A stretch of DNA of 64,000 nt, taken from NCBI GenBank assembly GCA_024635585.1, contig JAGXIP010000009.1, positions 3,179 to 67,178 on the forward strand, read 5' to 3'. Under the pieces are notes generated by a model. The model did no database searches, was not told the origin of the DNA, and saw only the letters and a list, made by a program, of their open reading frames with translations. The number at the start of each line of letters is the position of its first letter. The stretch's first letter is position 1. The stretch is from Saccharicrinis sp. (lineage in GTDB: Bacteria > Bacteroidota > Bacteroidia > Bacteroidales > Marinilabiliaceae). The translations under genes were made by a program, and so were the position numbers. Positions 62,697 to 64,000 of the stretch are shown one piece after another.

Positions 62697-63998
62697 ATGA
62701 ACGACAATAGGATACCTTTTAAGCGCTTTCATATGCGAAATGAAAGTCTGCAAGCACAATACAACGAAAAATATTTCGCGAAACAACATGCCAAAGGCAA
62801 GCTCACGGCCGTAGAGAGAATTGACTTTTTAATGGACGAAGGCAGCTTTAGGGAAATAGATGCCTTTGTTAAACCCTTGGGTAGAGAAAGCCAAAAGGAA
62901 TACGGCGATGGGGTTATTGTAGGATATGGAACCATCAATGGTCGTAAAGTATTTGTGTATGCCCAGGATTTTACTTTTATGGGCGGATCGTTGGGGTCGG
63001 TTCATGCCAATAAAATCCAAAAAGTACAAAAAATGGCCTTAAAAATGGGTCATCCCATTGTGGGTCTCATCGATTCTGGCGGCGCCAGGATACAGGAGGG
63101 CGTGGCTAGTTTAGCGGGCTATGCAGGCATTTTTATGCAAAACGTAAAAAGCTCCGGCGTAATACCCCAGATATCCGTTATATTGGGGCCAGCAGCAGGC
63201 GGAGCGGTGTATTCCCCTGCCCTTACCGACTTCCGCTTTATGACCCGTGATACTTCGTACATGTTTGTTACCGGACCCGAGGTGGTTAAAGAGGTACTTA
63301 ACGAAGATGTAACGTTCGAAGATTTAGGCGGTGCCGAAGTACATGCCACCGAGAGCGGTGTGGCCGATTTGATTTTCAACGACGAGGAACATACCCTTAT
63401 GGGTGTCAAGAAGCTGTTGAGTTACCTTCCATCAAACAATGTTGAAAACGCACCTGTAAATCAGGATGAAGACATAGAACCCGGAAAACCCGAGAAGCTT
63501 TCTTTGCTTTTACCCGACGATGCCAACAAGCCCTACGATGTGGCTGATGTTATCCAATTGATAGTGGACAAAGGCAGCTTTTACGAAATTGCCGAAAATC
63601 ATGCTCAAAACATTGTTATCGGTATGGCTCGTTTAAACAATGAGGTTATTGGTATTGTAGCCAATCAGCCCAAAGTGCTTGCCGGATGTTTGGATATCAA
63701 CGCATCAAAAAAAGCAGCCCGCTTTGTACGATTCTGCGATGCCTTTAATATTCCCTTATTAGTACTGGAAGATGTTCCAGGTTTTATGCCGGGAAAATAC
63801 CAAGAGCAGAACGCCATTATAATGCACGGTGCCAAATTGCTGTATGCTTTTGCCGAAGCCACCGTTCCTAAGATTACAGTTATCTTGCGCAAGGCTTTTG
63901 GAGGCGCCTACATTGTGATGAACAGCAAAAATATGGGCGGCGATTTTAACTTTGCATGGCCCACCGCCCAAGTGGCCGTAATGGGCCCCGAAGGTGCC
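62697..63998 (+). CDS. pccB: Partial acyl-CoA carboxylase carboxyltransferase subunit (PccB/MmdA), runs off window
   Basis: Not in ORF track; hand translation MNDNRIPFKRFHMRNE...QHAKGKLTAVERI, SGGARIQEG, GPAAGGAVYSPALTD, AWPTAQVAVMGPEGA. Confidence 0.92.
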   Translation, partial: MNDNRIPFKRFHMRNESLQAQYNEKYFAKQHAKGKLTAVERIDFLMDEGSFREIDAFVKPLGRESQKEYGDGVIVGYGTINGRKVFVYAQDFTFMGGSLGSVHANKIQKVQKMALKMGHPIVGLIDSGGARIQEGVASLAGYAGIFMQNVKSSGVIPQISVILGPAAGGAVYSPALTDFRFMTRDTSYMFVTGPEVVKEVLNEDVTFEDLGGAEVHATESGVADLIFNDEEHTLMGVKKLLSYLPSNNVENAPVNQDEDIEPGKPEKLSLLLPDDANKPYDVADVIQLIVDKGSFYEIAENHAQNIVIGMARLNNEVIGIVANQPKVLAGCLDINASKKAARFVRFCDAFNIPLLVLEDVPGFMPGKYQEQNAIIMHGAKLLYAFAEATVPKITVILRKAFGGAYIVMNSKNMGGDFNFAWPTAQVAVMGPEGA

Positions 63999-64000
63999 GT

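Overview
AT-rich Bacteroidota chromosome segment (Marinilabiliales/Bacteroidales-like, inferred from SusC/D, HTCS, T9SS C-terminal domains and TAnnTTTG promoters). About 1-47.7 kb is a very large carbohydrate-utilisation region. It holds a GntP/GH63-like/EEP sub-locus and a minus-strand PUL best explained as beta-mannan/hemicellulose-directed: susC-susD, GH74-like, GH5, tandem CBM9-like protein, GH32/43-like propeller, HTCS, two GH2, an unknown lipoprotein, an AGE-family epimerase, a CBM-only protein, two GH26 and two GH3. An amidohydrolase/LacI pair closes it. Six PUL proteins carry T9SS sorting domains, including a cellobiose/mannobiose 2-epimerase-like enzyme with a signal peptide and Fn3, which is the most unusual element. 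That gene lies in a cassette flanked by a 561-bp direct repeat and preceded by the last ~20 codons and terminator of a foreign susD, so it looks captured from another PUL. A ~2.4-kb tandem duplication appears to have built a chimeric GH26-CBM gene. The right third holds a T9SS-gene remnant, an IS remnant, a CzcA-TolC/CzcB efflux pair and a TonB receptor/lipoprotein module with 11-bp-phased TTAA boxes beside an orphan OmpR/PhoB-type regulator. Partial genes occur at both edges (GH30-like, pccB). No rRNA, tRNA or CRISPR array was seen. All calls come from motif recognition by eye; no database searches were run.
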